Shown here one piece after another: positions 37,296-50,217 of a stretch of DNA of 64,000 nucleotides. Position numbers and translations under genes: made by a program. Source of the DNA: Macrostomum hystrix. Taxonomy: Eukaryota; Animalia; Platyhelminthes. The stretch is taken from the NCBI GenBank assembly GCA_950097015.1, contig CATNEN010000007.1, positions 9,300,001 to 9,364,000 of the forward strand, read 5' to 3'. Each line of letters opens with the position of its first letter. Positions within the stretch are counted from its first letter, which is position 1. A model generated the notes under the pieces. The model saw only the letters and a program-made list of their open reading frames with translations, was not told the origin of the DNA and ran no database searches.

Positions 37296-38489
37296 AGTCT
37301 GAAATAAACTCGACAAAGTATTCGAGAACTTCGGCGAAATGGAGCAATGCAATCAGACCTTTTACTTTAAAATAGTCGTTTAGCGGACGGACCTTATTGT
37401 ACGAGTACGAGTATGATGACTTAAAATACCAGCAGGTGAGTCGAAGCTCTGAAGGTGCTTATAAGTGAGTATAATAAATTACCTGGCACAAAATCTCCAG
37501 ATTCCTTGCGTGACAGAATCTCCTTTTTATGATTTTAGCCTTTGAAATGCGTGGAAAATTTTCTGGCTTTGACAAGAATGAGAAAACTGAGCAGAACCTG
37601 ACACTCAAATAACCTGAAAGCAATGTATTTTTTAAAGTTTCTCTATAGACACTCCTTTCTATTTATAATATACTATGGAAATACTCTGTAATCCAGCAAA
37701 TTTGAGTTCCTTGATTGATCCTTGGTTCGGAGTCGTTTTGTAACGCGTCACAAGTCTTTTTATTGCATGAAACAACGGTAATCAACATCATATTAATTTC
37801 GTTATTGCGAAGCAACACTATATTTCATTTACTCTGTTTAACAAGCTAACTATTTTTGTAGATACAAAAATATATTCAAATGTAATTGCTATTGCTAAAA
37901 CAAGATTAGAGCGAGTTGACGATTGCATTCGTGGTTTCTTTATTTGTACCACCGAAAAGTGAACTGTAGCACTATGATCATGCTATTACAATAGCCCACA
38001 AAAAAGTAGTAAACTTTCCAGCGTCTCATTATGTTTGCACATTGTAGAGATCAACAAGCTTGAAATATGACTTCAAGGTCATGCGACCGCCAAACACGAG
38101 ATCGCTTTCGAGCCAAGCTTGAAAAAATTCAAGACCACATTTTCGGATTCTTGTAAGTCTAGGTAGAACAGTCTCGCACTTCGCTAGGAATGTGTCTCGC
38201 GGCAAGCATTACACTGTATTGGCTTTCGTCGAAGTAGGCGGATGCCATGCATAAACACAGCCTTCTTTGACTTGCATCCCCGGCTGTCCGTTCTCTCTGG
38301 CTTCCACCGAGCCCAGCTTTGTCGATTCCGACTGGAAGTGGCGGTGAACGCTGGAAGAGCAGTCGCTGAACTTATCAAGACAGCAGAAAATGCGCATTGA
38401 AAGCAGAGAAGGGCTTTCCTTCCTTTTATTCATCAAATACGAAGTATGCTTCTAACATCGACTTTCGCGTCTGCAGTCATCGCGTCTGC

Positions 38490-38557
38490 GTAGAATCGAA
38501 CTTAGGGACCGTGGTGCGAGAGGCAAACGCGTTAACCGCTCTGCCACCGACCCCTTT
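38490..38557 (-). mobile_element. SINE family B head (tRNA-like)
   Basis: Near-identical to 28690-28750; A box TGGCAGAGCGG and B box GTTCGATT on the minus strand. Confidence 0.7.
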
Positions 38558-39331
38558 CAGATCTACATTACTTTCCCATATTTATATTTAAATATTTGAA
38601 AAGAAAATCATCACAACCCCTTCTCATTAGGAACGAGTCCAAGACCTTCAGCTGACTTCAGAACTTGACTGCGAACAGCACGAGTCGGGGCCGTCCGAGG
38701 GACACCGTCAGCAGGGCGGTGAGTGGATTTGAATCGTCCGAGAGCAGCTGGTCGCACCGGACAGATCTCGCAGCTTCCCACCTTTTTGGAAGCGAAGTAG
38801 CAGACCACGTCGCTTCAGAGCACCGGGCAGTCTTGCAAGCTCGGAGCTTTTCTAAGCATTCAGAGCGATCTCTCCGAAAACTTCGATGACTTGCGCGGAG
38901 TCGGTACTTCGAGGTGCACCTGACGTTACAATCAGAAAACAACAGGCTATAGGTATAGTAGTGTGCTGGGTGAATGGTAGCTGAAAAATAGAAACGCTCG
39001 AAATTCTAAAATGATTTTCAGCGCGACTATGTATGCCGATGAGTGAATATGTCAATACCGACTGTCTCCTTGGACTGTAAATCTGAAAAATATCTTGTTT
39101 TTATTCTTGTGAGAAATAAGAATAATTGATTACACCTGAATAATTGTGCCACATGCGCAGCCAAAAGCACAGCCGCAGCTAGTGCGCTGCGTACGACTGT
39201 TCGGTCCATGGACTGGGTAAATGGAATGGATTGTTCTATCATTACCCTTCAATTATCATTCGTATAATTATCTCTGTTAGTCTCTTCATGCATTTTCTCT
39301 CAAGACCAGATACCTCTAAATCTTCACTTCA

Positions 39332-42204
39332 GAGAGCAGTCTGGTGCCGGAGATTGCTAGAATAGCCTGTCTGTACAAGTACAAGGATCAGGCGCCATAG
39401 GCGTGCGATGGAGTCGTCAAGCTGTGGCAGGTGAGCCGGAGTGTACGGAAATATTAAGATAAAAAAGCTCAGAGTAGTTTGAGAAATCCCCTTTGCTCGA
39501 CAATGCATAATTTGACACTAACAAACACTTCCATTGCAGCCAATGTTCGTGTACGCGCTGGAACACACCTACCTCGACCCGGATGACGTGTGCGGCCAGT
39601 ACCTGGCAGCCGCTGCGCGAACGCCAGCATTCCCCAGTTTGGCTACTACTGGAACATCACCCTGCCACCGAACCCGAAGCCGCCCGTGAAGCCGATTTTG
39701 CCGCCGAAGGTTGGCGCTCCGAGGCTTCGAATTCTGTACATCAGCGACGTGCATATCGACGCCCTGTACAGTGAGGGCGCCAGCGCCGACTGCGGCCTCC
39801 CCACCTGTTGCAGAGAGAGCGATGGAAAGCCGCGTGAGCTTTTTACAACTTTATTCCTCCAAGCTCTGATAGTTATGGGACTGAGATCCGTTTGCCATGT
39901 ACCTGAGCTCTGATAGTTATGGGACTGAGATCCGTTTGCCATGTACCTGAGCTCTGATTGTTATGGGACTGAGATCCGTTTGCCATGTACCTGAGCTCTG
40001 ATTGTTATGGGACTGAGATCCGTTTGCCATGTACCTGAGCTCTGATTGTTATGGGACTGAGATCCGTTTGCCATGTACCTGAGCTCTGATTGTTATGGGA
40101 CTGAGATCCGTTTGCCATGTACCTGAGCTCTGATTGTTATGGGACTGAGATCCGTTTGCCATGTACCTGAGCTCTGATTGTTATGGGACTGAGATCCGTT
40201 TGCCATGTGCCTGAACTCTGATTGTTATGGGACTGAGATCCGTTTGCCATGTGCCTGAGCTCTGATTGTTATGGGACTGAGATCCGTTTGCCATGTGCCT
40301 GAACTCTGGTTGTTATGGGACTGAGATCCGTTTGCCATGTACCTGAGCTCTGATTGTTATGGGACTGAGATCCGTTTGCCATGTACCTGAGCTCTGATTG
40401 TTATGGGACTGAGATCCGTTTGCCATGTGCCTGAACTCTGGTTGTTATGGGACTGAGATCCGTTTGCCATGAGCCTGAACTCTGGTTGTTATGGGACTGA
40501 GATCCGTTTGCCATGTGCCTGAACTCTGATTGTTATGGGACTGAGATCCGTTTGCCATGTGCCTGAACTCTGATTTTTATGGGACTGAGATCCGTTTGCC
40601 ATGAGCCTGAGCTCTGATTTTTATGGGACTGAGATCCGTTTGCCATGTGCCTGAACTCTGATTTTTATGGGACTGAGATCCGTTTGCCATGTGCCTGAAC
40701 TCTGGTTGTTATGGGGCTGAGATCCGTTTGCCATGAGCCTGAGCTCTGATTTTTATGGGACTGAGATCCGTTTGCCATGTGCCTGAACTCTGGTTGTTAT
40801 GGGGCTGAGATCCGTTTGCCATGTGCCTGAACTCTGGTTGTTATGGGACTGAGATCCGTTTGCCATGAGCCTGAGCTCTGATTTTTATGGGACTGAGATC
40901 CGTTTGCCATGTGCCTGAACTCTGGTTGTTATGGGACTGAGATCCGTTTGCCATGTGCCTGAACTCTGGTTGTTATGGGACTGAGATCCGTTTGCCATGT
41001 ACCTGAACTCAGATTATGAAGCCAAGCAGTAAGACCTACGGTACTGAACTGTCTATCACTGACAACTCATTAGACTGAGTTTTCCCTGAAGTACGCGGTC
41101 AATTCTACTTTGTGGGCAACTCGACCGTTCTCTTTCCGATGGGTACTGAAAAATCCAGATTTTAAGTAAAGAAGGCCGTATGAGAGGCATTGGAATTTCA
41201 AAACAATTTAGGAATCAGAATTAGTCCAGGATGATGGATAGCTGCTTTGCCTGTTTTGTTGACCCACGGATTCGGTCTCTGTGCTTGATAAATAAAGCTG
41301 GTATTAAATACCAACTGGAGCCTAGATTGATGGCTAAGGCACCACTTGGCTTTAGCTGGATGCAAATGCCTGCCCAAATCCCACCGAATCTTGCGGAGAC
41401 TATTACTAAAAGTAGTGATTAATGATGAAAAGGGGCCAAAATTATTAAACCGTTTCATGGGACTTTCTGGGAGTTTAGGGATCTGGGATCTGACGATTCG
41501 GGTCGCAGGTACATACATGTGCTGCTGACAGAAATGGTGACTCACCAACGCAAGTTGCTTTCCAGCTTCGTCCAAACGCCCTACGGCCTATTGGGGCGAC
41601 TACAACTGGGACCTGCCTTGGTGGACGGCCGAAAACACGTTTAGGCAGATCGGCCGAGATCGCCAGGTATCGCAACAGGGAAACACCAACTTCACTACTG
41701 TTGTCTGTATCAATTCATGAACTGCATCGACTAGCAACATTCCGCTGCAAGGAATTCATTTTTAGAATTTCATTCCTTCTGCATTCCTTCAAACAAAAAC
41801 CGCTCGAGTTTCTAGTTTGATCTCATCTATTTCACAGGTGACCTGCGCGACCACCATGTTTGGGAGCAGACCAGACAGGAGGAGATCGCGCTGTACAGCG
41901 GCTTCACTCAGCTGGTGCAAAAGTCTGCTTTCCGGATGTGCCGCTGGTTGTTGCTATGGGCAACCACGAGAGCGTCCCTGTCAACAGGTGAATCTCATCT
42001 ATGATATTCTCCGATCAGACCATTCTAGTACTTGAAAAAGTCAAGATTCTCATGATTTGCCTGGAGACTCTGAAGGTGTTAAAAATACTTTTAGCTTCCC
42101 GCCTCGCTACATTGTTGGCAATAACTCGATGGACTGGTTCTACGCGAAGGTATGGGATCTAATGTCCCCGTGGATTCCAGCTGATCAGAAAGCAAACATA
42201 CTGT
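39332..42204 (+). pseudogene. Acid sphingomyelinase (SMPD1-like), disrupted and 3'-truncated; exon remnants ~39332-39430, 39540-39833, 41566-41666, 41816-41987, 42095-42204
   Basis: Saposin-like piece, WNITLPPNPKPP, ILYISDVHID..Y.EG..ADCGLPTCCR, YWGDYN.DLP, FTGDL.DH.VW, AMGNHESVPVNSFPP. In-frame TAG at ~39397 and frameshifts at ~39606 and ~41928; the downstream exons are absent. Confidence 0.8.
39863..41010. repeat. 44-bp minisatellite (GAGCTCTGATTGTTATGGGACTGAGATCCGTTTGCCATGTACCT), ~26 copies, intronic
   Basis: Contiguous tandem units with no spacers. Confidence 0.97.
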
Positions 42205-42280
42205 GGTAAGTCTTCTCATTTTACTAGTAAAATATTGTCAATGATGCATTATTTATCTAATGGGCTGAGTCAACTCGTTT

Positions 42281-42869
42281 GGGGTGAGTGGGTCAGCGGC
42301 TAATGTCGCTGCCTCACTTTCCAATGGTCGCTGGTTCGTTTCTCCCGATTATTCCACGATTCCACGATTTTTCGGGGCTTAGTTGGAGGTTTGCGAAGTA
42401 GTGACTTGCGGAGATGCACCTTATTCTGTGCCACCAAAGCTAATTTAAAATAGCTTAACCCCTGCCTTCTGCATGCTTGTTTGTGCTTGTGTTTGTGCGT
42501 TGGGCCGGGTGTGAGGCATTGTATGGGGGTGGAGCGGGTGTGCACCAGCCATGCGTGCTCTGAGCGGCGAGGTTTCACCAGCCGTCTGCGAACGTGGCTT
42601 GGTCCTCTCGTACCTACCCTTCAGGCATCTAAGTCCACCCCTGGTTTGGTCAGCTCTGTGCGTGTGCGGGCCTGGGGTGAGAGGCACTCCGGCCGCCGCC
42701 CCCTTCCCCGCTTGGCTTGCTGCTGTGTGTTAGTGCCTGTGTCCAGGGGTCTAGATGGCGCGATGGGCGACTCCCGCCTAGTTCGCCGGCCTGGGGGCAT
42801 GCCGTTCCTGCGCTTGTGCGTCAAGTGCCCCAGGCCCCCCTTCAATTAAGCAAGTAAAGTAAGTAAAGA
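42281..42869 (+). mobile_element. Probable SINE/retroposon (tRNA-like head, AAGT-repeat tail)
   Basis: GGGGTGAGTGGGTCAGCGGCTAATG...GGTTCG head and AAGCAAGTAAAGTAAGTAAAG tail. Only one copy is in the window. Confidence 0.45.
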
Positions 42870-44604
42870 GTCAACGCGTTCGACTCTGTCTCAAAGACCC
42901 CAAACTCGAATCCGCGGTAACGCCACATTCATTTGGGTGTGCAGTCGTGGAGAGGCCTCGAGAGCTTACCCCATAGGCACAATGCCTGCGTCTGGTATCT
43001 GTGTCTGGTACCTGAGTGTGTTCAAGGGGCTGTGGAATGGGAGAAATTGCCTCCTCGCTGACTGCGGCTCGACTGTCGCTAAATGATGCGTCAGTACACC
43101 AAAAGTTAACACCAGCTGATGACCTCTCCAAACTTTGTAACAAGCTTGACACCGAAGAAACTTGACTTATGTCAGCACAGCAGAACGCGATACCTCTGTT
43201 AAATATTCGTCAGGCATGCGCTTGCGACACTGTACGGGCGTTTCAAATCACAATGAAAAGAGAAAATAGCTTTAGATTTAGCAATAGGCCATATCAAATA
43301 TGCATACTCAATGACACGATCACTTTGACAAAAATCACTGCATCTGACATTCTCCATTCGCGCCTTTGTTTCTCTTAGTTTCCGCTAAAAAAGTCGGCTT
43401 TTGTGCTTGAAGCTGAACCGGAAGCGCTGCTCTATGTTGTATTATATGGCATGCGAAATTGAACTGATCGCTAACGCACTAGACCGTTGGATGCACGCCC
43501 TGTGCTCCTTGAGATCCAGCCAACACTCCCGACAGTCACTTGGGACTGGAACTGTGGTGCATGGAACTGATCTACGAGTTGTAGACCTAGATGAGAAGAT
43601 ATCACCGAGGAGGCTGAGGCTGGGATTGAGCCTCATTGCTGATTGTTCCCATTTCCGCGGACATGCCCGCGGCAGCGAGATTCGGGAACTCGCCGCCTCC
43701 CCGGGGCTCAGTTCTCAGCCATCCATTTTCTCCGACCGCAGAGGAAGAACTGGCGATGCTGCCGATAGGGCCGAACAGAGGGCAGATGGGAATTTAATTA
43801 AATGGCTCACTCCCAAGCGGCTAGCCAGATCCCTAACGGCTATCAGAGACTTTTCCCATCGCTCACTGACTTGATAAAAATGGAGAACGCGGGAGGCAAT
43901 GAGACAATTGATACAAGAGAAAGCAGGGGAGAGCGGAATCTCTGGCTTCTGATTTCTGGCACTTTTCCAGCACATGTGGGCAAATTTATCAGGACTTTCC
44001 ATCCGCTGATGCATTTTTTGTATGAAATTTTCTCTGGGAAGCTGAAAGTGTGACTCAAGTCTGCTGTTAAATACGAGAGTATACTAGTTTGTTACTTGAC
44101 ATGCTGAAACTCGTCTCTTTCTTTTACGATAAAAACCATATAAATTCTAAAGTCGCTTCACGTGACTCTTCAACGCCGTTTGTTACTATGCCTTTTCACC
44201 TGGTAGTTTGGAGTTCAAGCCAGAAAGTCTTCCCACTCTTCGTTGGAACATCTTTGGTGCAAGACAAGCCGTGCTTGACTGTTATCAACACTGAAGGCGC
44301 TGAGGCTGCTGATAGCAGGTCACGGAAGACTGCATGGGAGCAGTGATTTCGTTGATTAATCATCTTTGCCAAAGTGCTGACATGCATCACTGATTAGCTG
44401 CTACTGCTGCTGCTCTCACCTGCTCCCACTCTCTCTGCTCTCACTAGTTGCCAGCCAATCAGATCCTTCTCGGTAACAGGGGCTTTGGGAAGTGCGAACG
44501 CCAGCTCCTATTTGACAATTTTCTCAGCAACAATTTGAGCAGCTGCAGAATAAGGAGCGTTGAGTATCCCAAGTGTTCAAACTTGTACAGGAGGGGCCGC
44601 ATTG

Positions 44605-47600
44605 ATGACCGACACCTCCAGCGAAGGAATCCTCATGCAGGTGAGTCGGCTCTAAGGTGCGATTAAAAGTTTGTGATCAGTTTCTGGTTTTGGATCTTGG
44701 GTAAACCTGCTAAGAAAGGAATATTGACACTCAGGACTATTTGTCAATAAATAAATTTAACGAATAAAAGATCCGATAGCTAGGATAGTATTTTATGAAC
44801 TCATCTGATAGTAGGGCCAAGGGCTTCGTCATTTAGCCAATAGAATAGCCTGGCACTTGACTTACTAGCTGCAGCTACAATGCAGCCTGACAACAGCGTC
44901 TCCCATTCTGCCCGAGGCCATGCTGAAATGCTGAGCATTTTCGTTTTAAAGACCTCTGAAGGGGCAGAGTTCGCATCGGAGGTCGCGTCGAATGAAATAG
45001 TATATTGTAAAGTAGCCGTGACTTGTGAAGGCCATGATAAAGACCTGAATAATTGCCTCATGTTGGCTTGGTTTCAGAAATCTTTCTGGAGCCTTCGGGA
45101 GGGGTTCGTGATAACCGCTTGGGATTGATTGACGACGAGTACCCCGTCCACGTGTTCCTGTGAAGGGTGGAGTCCCAGAAATTTTACATACAGCTAATCA
45201 CACAGTCAAGGTCTGGAAGCAGTTGCCAGACGGAGGAGCTCGGCTGCCCCTCTTGGTGAGGGATTCAGTGAACTCAATTCCTGAGTAGGCTGTGTCCCAG
45301 AATGCATTGAGGTGGACCAAAATTTATTTTCGCCTTTACCAGGTGCTCTAGCCACACAAGTCTGCAGTGCAGCAGGGGCATGGCTTGTTTTAAAAAACCC
45401 AACGAATACGTTCTTTAATAAAAAAACCTCATTCATGGCTTTAGATGCAAACAAGAAGTGAAAGAGCTTCCAATTATTATAATTAATTTCGTCCAATTAA
45501 ACTGCAAATTAAAGAATGACCCGGCATCCCACAGAGTAGCTCCATTTCGCAGTTTTCCGTCAGTTTATTAGTTTCCCTTTCACAATTACCGAAGATCTGC
45601 CCCCCCCTAATGAAAGATTCCAGCACTCTTTTCATTGGGCACGGCCTGGCGAGTTGACCAAATAAAACAGGCCTGCATTATCACACAGCATGCATTAATA
45701 AAGGGCCACACTGGTGAGACTGTGAGCAGCGTGGCTCCGCAAAGAAAGCCGAAATCCTTCAAGTTCACTGGCTGAAAGTCGGCTTTAAAATTTATATTAA
45801 GAATCCGGCCATCTGCCACACCGGGTGGCATTCCCGCACATACTCCATGCCCCACAGCAGAGACAGAAAAATGGCAACAGGGTCTCGTAATAACTGATGA
45901 GGGATGTTTCTCAATGAGCAGTACCTGATTTTATTAACCTCTAAACTAAGAAGGCTTGAAGCAGAACAAAGCGCTCAGTCACAGCGCAGCTGAGCCGCAG
46001 TTCCTGCTGAAAACCCGCAGCCGCTGACAGGCCGCGCGTCCAAACGGCGAAACGGATCTGGCGGAGCCGACCCGCAGACCTCGGACACGGTGCACTCGGA
46101 CTCGTCCCGTCAGCGTCTCACCGCACGTGGTCGCGAGCTGGGCCGCCTGTTCTGCAAGAACAGCTCGCTGCGCGGCGTGTCGAAGGTGGCTCACTCAGGC
46201 ACCGGCTTCCTGCGTGCCATCTGGCTGGTATTCGTCCTCATGATGTTCCTCCTGCTGCTGTACTCCAGCTGCCGCATCATCAGCAACTACCGGGACTACA
46301 ATGTGGCCATTCAGACTTCCATGCTGTTCAACAATGCCAGCACTTTTCCCACAGTAACGCTGTGCAGCCACTACCCCTTCTCGCACAATGCGCACAGTCT
46401 GTGGCGACGCGGTAGTGCGCCTTCGCCCAGCGCCTTCAACCGAATGCTGCGAAACCTCACCGGAGAGTTGTTGCTGGGCAACAGCGACTACCTTGCGCAC
46501 AAGCTCACCAATTACGATAAGCTGAGCGTGTTCTACCAGAACCTGGAGCCCGAGATGGCGAACGCCATGGGCCACCAAGCCAACGAGCTGCTACTGCACT
46601 GTCTCGTCATTCAAGGAAGCTATTCCTTCGTTGGCAAAGCCAAGGACTGCGGCTTAACTTTCAAACTGGTTTCAAGTCCCCGCTATTTTAACTGCTACTC
46701 GGTCAGCTCCTTGGCCGACAGTCGCCAGGTGACGGCTATGTATCTCATTCTGAAGCACAACTCACCGCGAAAATTCAGCACTTTCGAAGAGGCCTTCATC
46801 ATGGACGTATTCGATCAGGCGACCGGGTTCCGGCTACTGCTCCACGAAGCAGGCATCTACCCAGATGTGGAGCGCTTTGGGATTCACGTGGAGCCAGGTG
46901 ACCTGAAAGCGTCGATTCGATTATTTCAAACATAATTTATCTAACAGGGATTTACACACGATTTATATAACTGAGCTGTGGTGCTTGAGAAGCATAACAA
47001 TTCGTAACCAACCAATCAGGTAAGATGACGGAGATCGCATTCGACACGGTGTTCTGGAACGAGGCCAACGACTCGCCAAATGACCGCTGCCAGCAGGACG
47101 ACCAACCGAGCATCAGCGACCTGGGAGTCAGCTACAACTACTCCTATGCTGCCTGCATCGACCAGCAGCTGAACGAGAACATCATCGCCCGCTGCGGCTG
47201 CATTCTGTCCCGACTGCCGCGGCCGGTGTCGCGTCCCACAGCTCGGGTGCCCTACTGCGGCCGTATCGACTACAAAGACGCGTCGGCCTTCTTAAAGTGA
47301 GACCCCTGGCAGCTTCTGTAGTGCTGGGATGTACTGAAATCCGAATAGAAAAATCTGATCTACAGGAAAAGTACGAGCGAAATCACGAGCGTGAAATTAA
47401 GGAAACTTTAGCCAAAAAACTGACATCCCATCGATTAACAAAAATATGGTGTCTAGAAATTGAGACACAGTAAGCAGCTTTAAGTTTATAATATTGATTA
47501 ATTCGAGCAGCTGAATGTGAGAAATGAAGTGCCCTCTTCTTGCACAGTCAGTTAGGGATTTTTACATTAGATATAAGTGCGGAAATCTGACAAATAGAGT

Positions 47601-50217
47601 TTCGACCAGTCTCATTTATTGGATCTCATTTTATCAAATTCAAATAATAGTTTTTTCAGTAAGCTGAATTTGTAACAACTGATTCACCTCAATGGGAATT
47701 TTCGCTCCATCAGTACGATCTGTGATCCTCTGCAGCGCAATCTACCTCGAATGTACCTCGAATCTACCTCGAATGTACCTCGAATCTACCTCGAAAGGCG
47801 GAGAGGGCCGTCCATTCTGTGAGCCCCTGTCAACCAGACGCCCTTTGGTGAGGGAATCAAGCGTCTTGCTCAAGGATACAAATTGTCTCGGCCAGAAGTG
47901 CAAAGCTCTAACAGCCAGGCTAAAATTAAAAGCTTCTAATTAAGCCAAACTATACCGTAAGGTAGCAGCCTTTAAAATTGCTCTAACAGTTTTATTTTGT
48001 CAGCAGGGCATTAAGAACTAGTGATGAGAATCTTAGATTGATCCCCCATCATTGGTAAACTCAGGTACGTCTGTGTCTTCTTACTTGTCTTGTTCATTAT
48101 TCAGCCCTTGTTGTTTATCAGCCCCAAAACAATTTCCAAAGTGCTTGAACATTTATTATTTTCAAATTAAATTCCAATTCCAGTTCAAATCAATTAAAAT
48201 CTAACGAATTTTTATCCCGTCTGACAAATGCGCAGCTCCTAAATAAAGAATCGACAGACAAAGTAAAATTGGTACCAAACTGACAACTGCTGCATGCTCT
48301 TTCCGCTCTGAATCAAACCATAACCAACTTGCATTGCTGTGAAAAGTCATTAGAAACGTTAGAAGAACTCAGAAAAAAAGTACATTTCAGATTTAAGTCA
48401 TCACGTGTGAAAATGCTTGTGCATGATAACTTGGGCTCTCGCTCTGCAACTAACTCTGCGAGGACTATGTGGTCGTGTAGCCCTCAGAACAACAGAAAAT
48501 CTTGTTCTCTTTTAGTTGGAAGAACCCTTTCAACCTTTCATTCTGAAACCTTTGACATTCTGACTTCGATTACTATCATTACTATCCACAGAAGCCTGCT
48601 CATAGTTTGACCCTAAGGGTATAGGCAGCAACCCGGTTTCCACGCGACATGATGACCTTAATTGTGCTGGCGCCACTCCGATTTTCTCGATTCATCTTCT
48701 CAGCTATTTTATATAGTAGAGTCAGGACATGAACCGAACAGACTTTTTGAACACCGCGCAACAGCTGCGGCCACAGACTATATATCCTCTAGATGTGTCA
48801 CTCACCCGTTTAAGCTTGCGGGAATCTCCGCTCGCTGGCTGCCATGAAAACCCACCATTTTGGCCAATGGCCATGGACTATTTGTCAGCGAGCTGTTTAC
48901 CCAAGCTATCGTGCTTATAGACTTTGGCCATAGAACTGTTGAGTCAGCTTGAATCGTTGTGAGCATGGATGAAGGAATAGTGTATTGCTGCACGAAAACG
49001 AGTACGTCGATCTGTGGCAAAGGCACGTGCATTCCTTCATCCATGGTTGTGAATATATTTAAGCGGGAAGTGTTAAGCAGGAGAATTGTCTATGGCTAAA
49101 CCTCTTTTGTTTTCGTGGGCAGAAGAGTTTTGCTTGAGTGACACATCTTGAGGAAATATAAACTGTGGCTGTGGCTGCGCCAATGGCTGTAGATATGGCC
49201 AACTGGGTTTATGTAATTGCAACCTGCAATCTAGAAGAGGTTGTAGCCTTGTGGTTAGAGCGTCTGACTCACGCATTGAAGGTCGGGGGTTCGATTCTGG
49301 ACTGCACTGAACAATTTGTGTCCTTTAGCAAGACACTTAACTCTACATCGCTTCAGTTCACCCAGCTGTTAAATGGGTACCAGCATTAGCTGGGGTAATT
49401 GAGGGTGGGTGTGGCGTCCCCCCAGTCCATGGACTGAACAGCCAGCCGTACGCAGTCTTCAGATGCGCCGTGCAATAGCTGCGGCTGTGCTGTCGGCTGC
49501 ACATCTGGCCCAATTGGGGCTGGTGTAATCAATTATTATTATTAATTGTTATTATACCCAGTCTATCCAGTCTATCCTAAATGTCTTGAACGTATTTACA
49601 TTTTTAATAATATATGTAACGCTAATGTCTGCAGCAAATATTATTTAATTAAGTGCGCCGTTTCAAACTGCAGCCGCCTGTACTGCCTGGAGCGGCTCAA
49701 CGTAGGCGCCATACGACAAGCTGCCGATGGTTCCGTGTGCCGCAAGCGCTGCCAGCGTCTCCTCTATGAACAGACGGCCTCAATAACGCGTTGGCGCTAC
49801 GCAGACTTTCAGCTGCGCTGGCTGCTCAACCAATCACACACCTGGGCTCGTCTGTTTAGGGCGACCGCTCGTAACGATTCGGTCGAACGCGAGCGAATGC
49901 GGCAGCGTGTGCTGGCCTACGTGCGCGCCGATAGCCTGAAGGAAAAAGAGGCTGCTATTCCCGCCTACGGAGCTGACGCTAAGCCAGACGATGATGACGA
50001 CGAGCAATTTACCTTTCTCGTTATTCGACGAAAGAGTTTGGACACTATCCAAAAGGAGGAGAAGCTGACTGTCACCTTCGAAGCCTTGGTGAGCCGCATT
50101 GGCGGCCTTTGCTCCCTGTACTTGGGTCTCACGATGGCCTTCTTTGTCGAGATGCTCGAGTTCGCCTACCTAGCATTTCGTCATCTGAGAGGTCGTTTTA
50201 CAGGCGGCGATGTCTAA
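44605..50217 (+). CDS. DEG/ENaC (ASIC/FaNaC superfamily) channel subunit; exons 44605-44640, 46021-46897, 47020-47296, 49674-50217
   Basis: FCKNSSLRG + TM1, FPTVTLCS, PRYFNCYS, TGFRLLLH, YSYAAC...IIARCGC, CRKRC, and TM2 LVSRIGGLCSLYLGLTMAFFVEMLE. Intron phases 0, 1, 2 are consistent. The first exon is less certain. Confidence 0.9.
49238..49545 (+). mobile_element. Most complete SINE family A copy, in an ENaC intron
   Basis: A box TGGTTAGAGC, B box GGTTCGATTC, central GTGTCCTTTAGCAAGACACTTAAC...CACCCAGCTGTTAAATGGGTACC, and an (ATT)n tail. Confidence 0.85.

Noticed and set aside
39863-41010. 44-bp array (and the 25-bp array at 14061-14959) as a CRISPR array
   Set aside because: The units are contiguous with no unique spacers, there are no cas genes, and the context is eukaryotic.
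45890-45930. Hammerhead ribozyme core (CTGATGA)
   Set aside because: No properly spaced GAAA or flanking stems. A by-eye scan found no convincing ribozyme; an Infernal/Rfam search would be decisive.
46021-46240. DEG/ENaC as a third SL-AUG-dependent gene
   Set aside because: An upstream exon at 44605-44640 (MTDTSSEGILMQ, CAG|GTGAGT) supplies an in-phase ATG.
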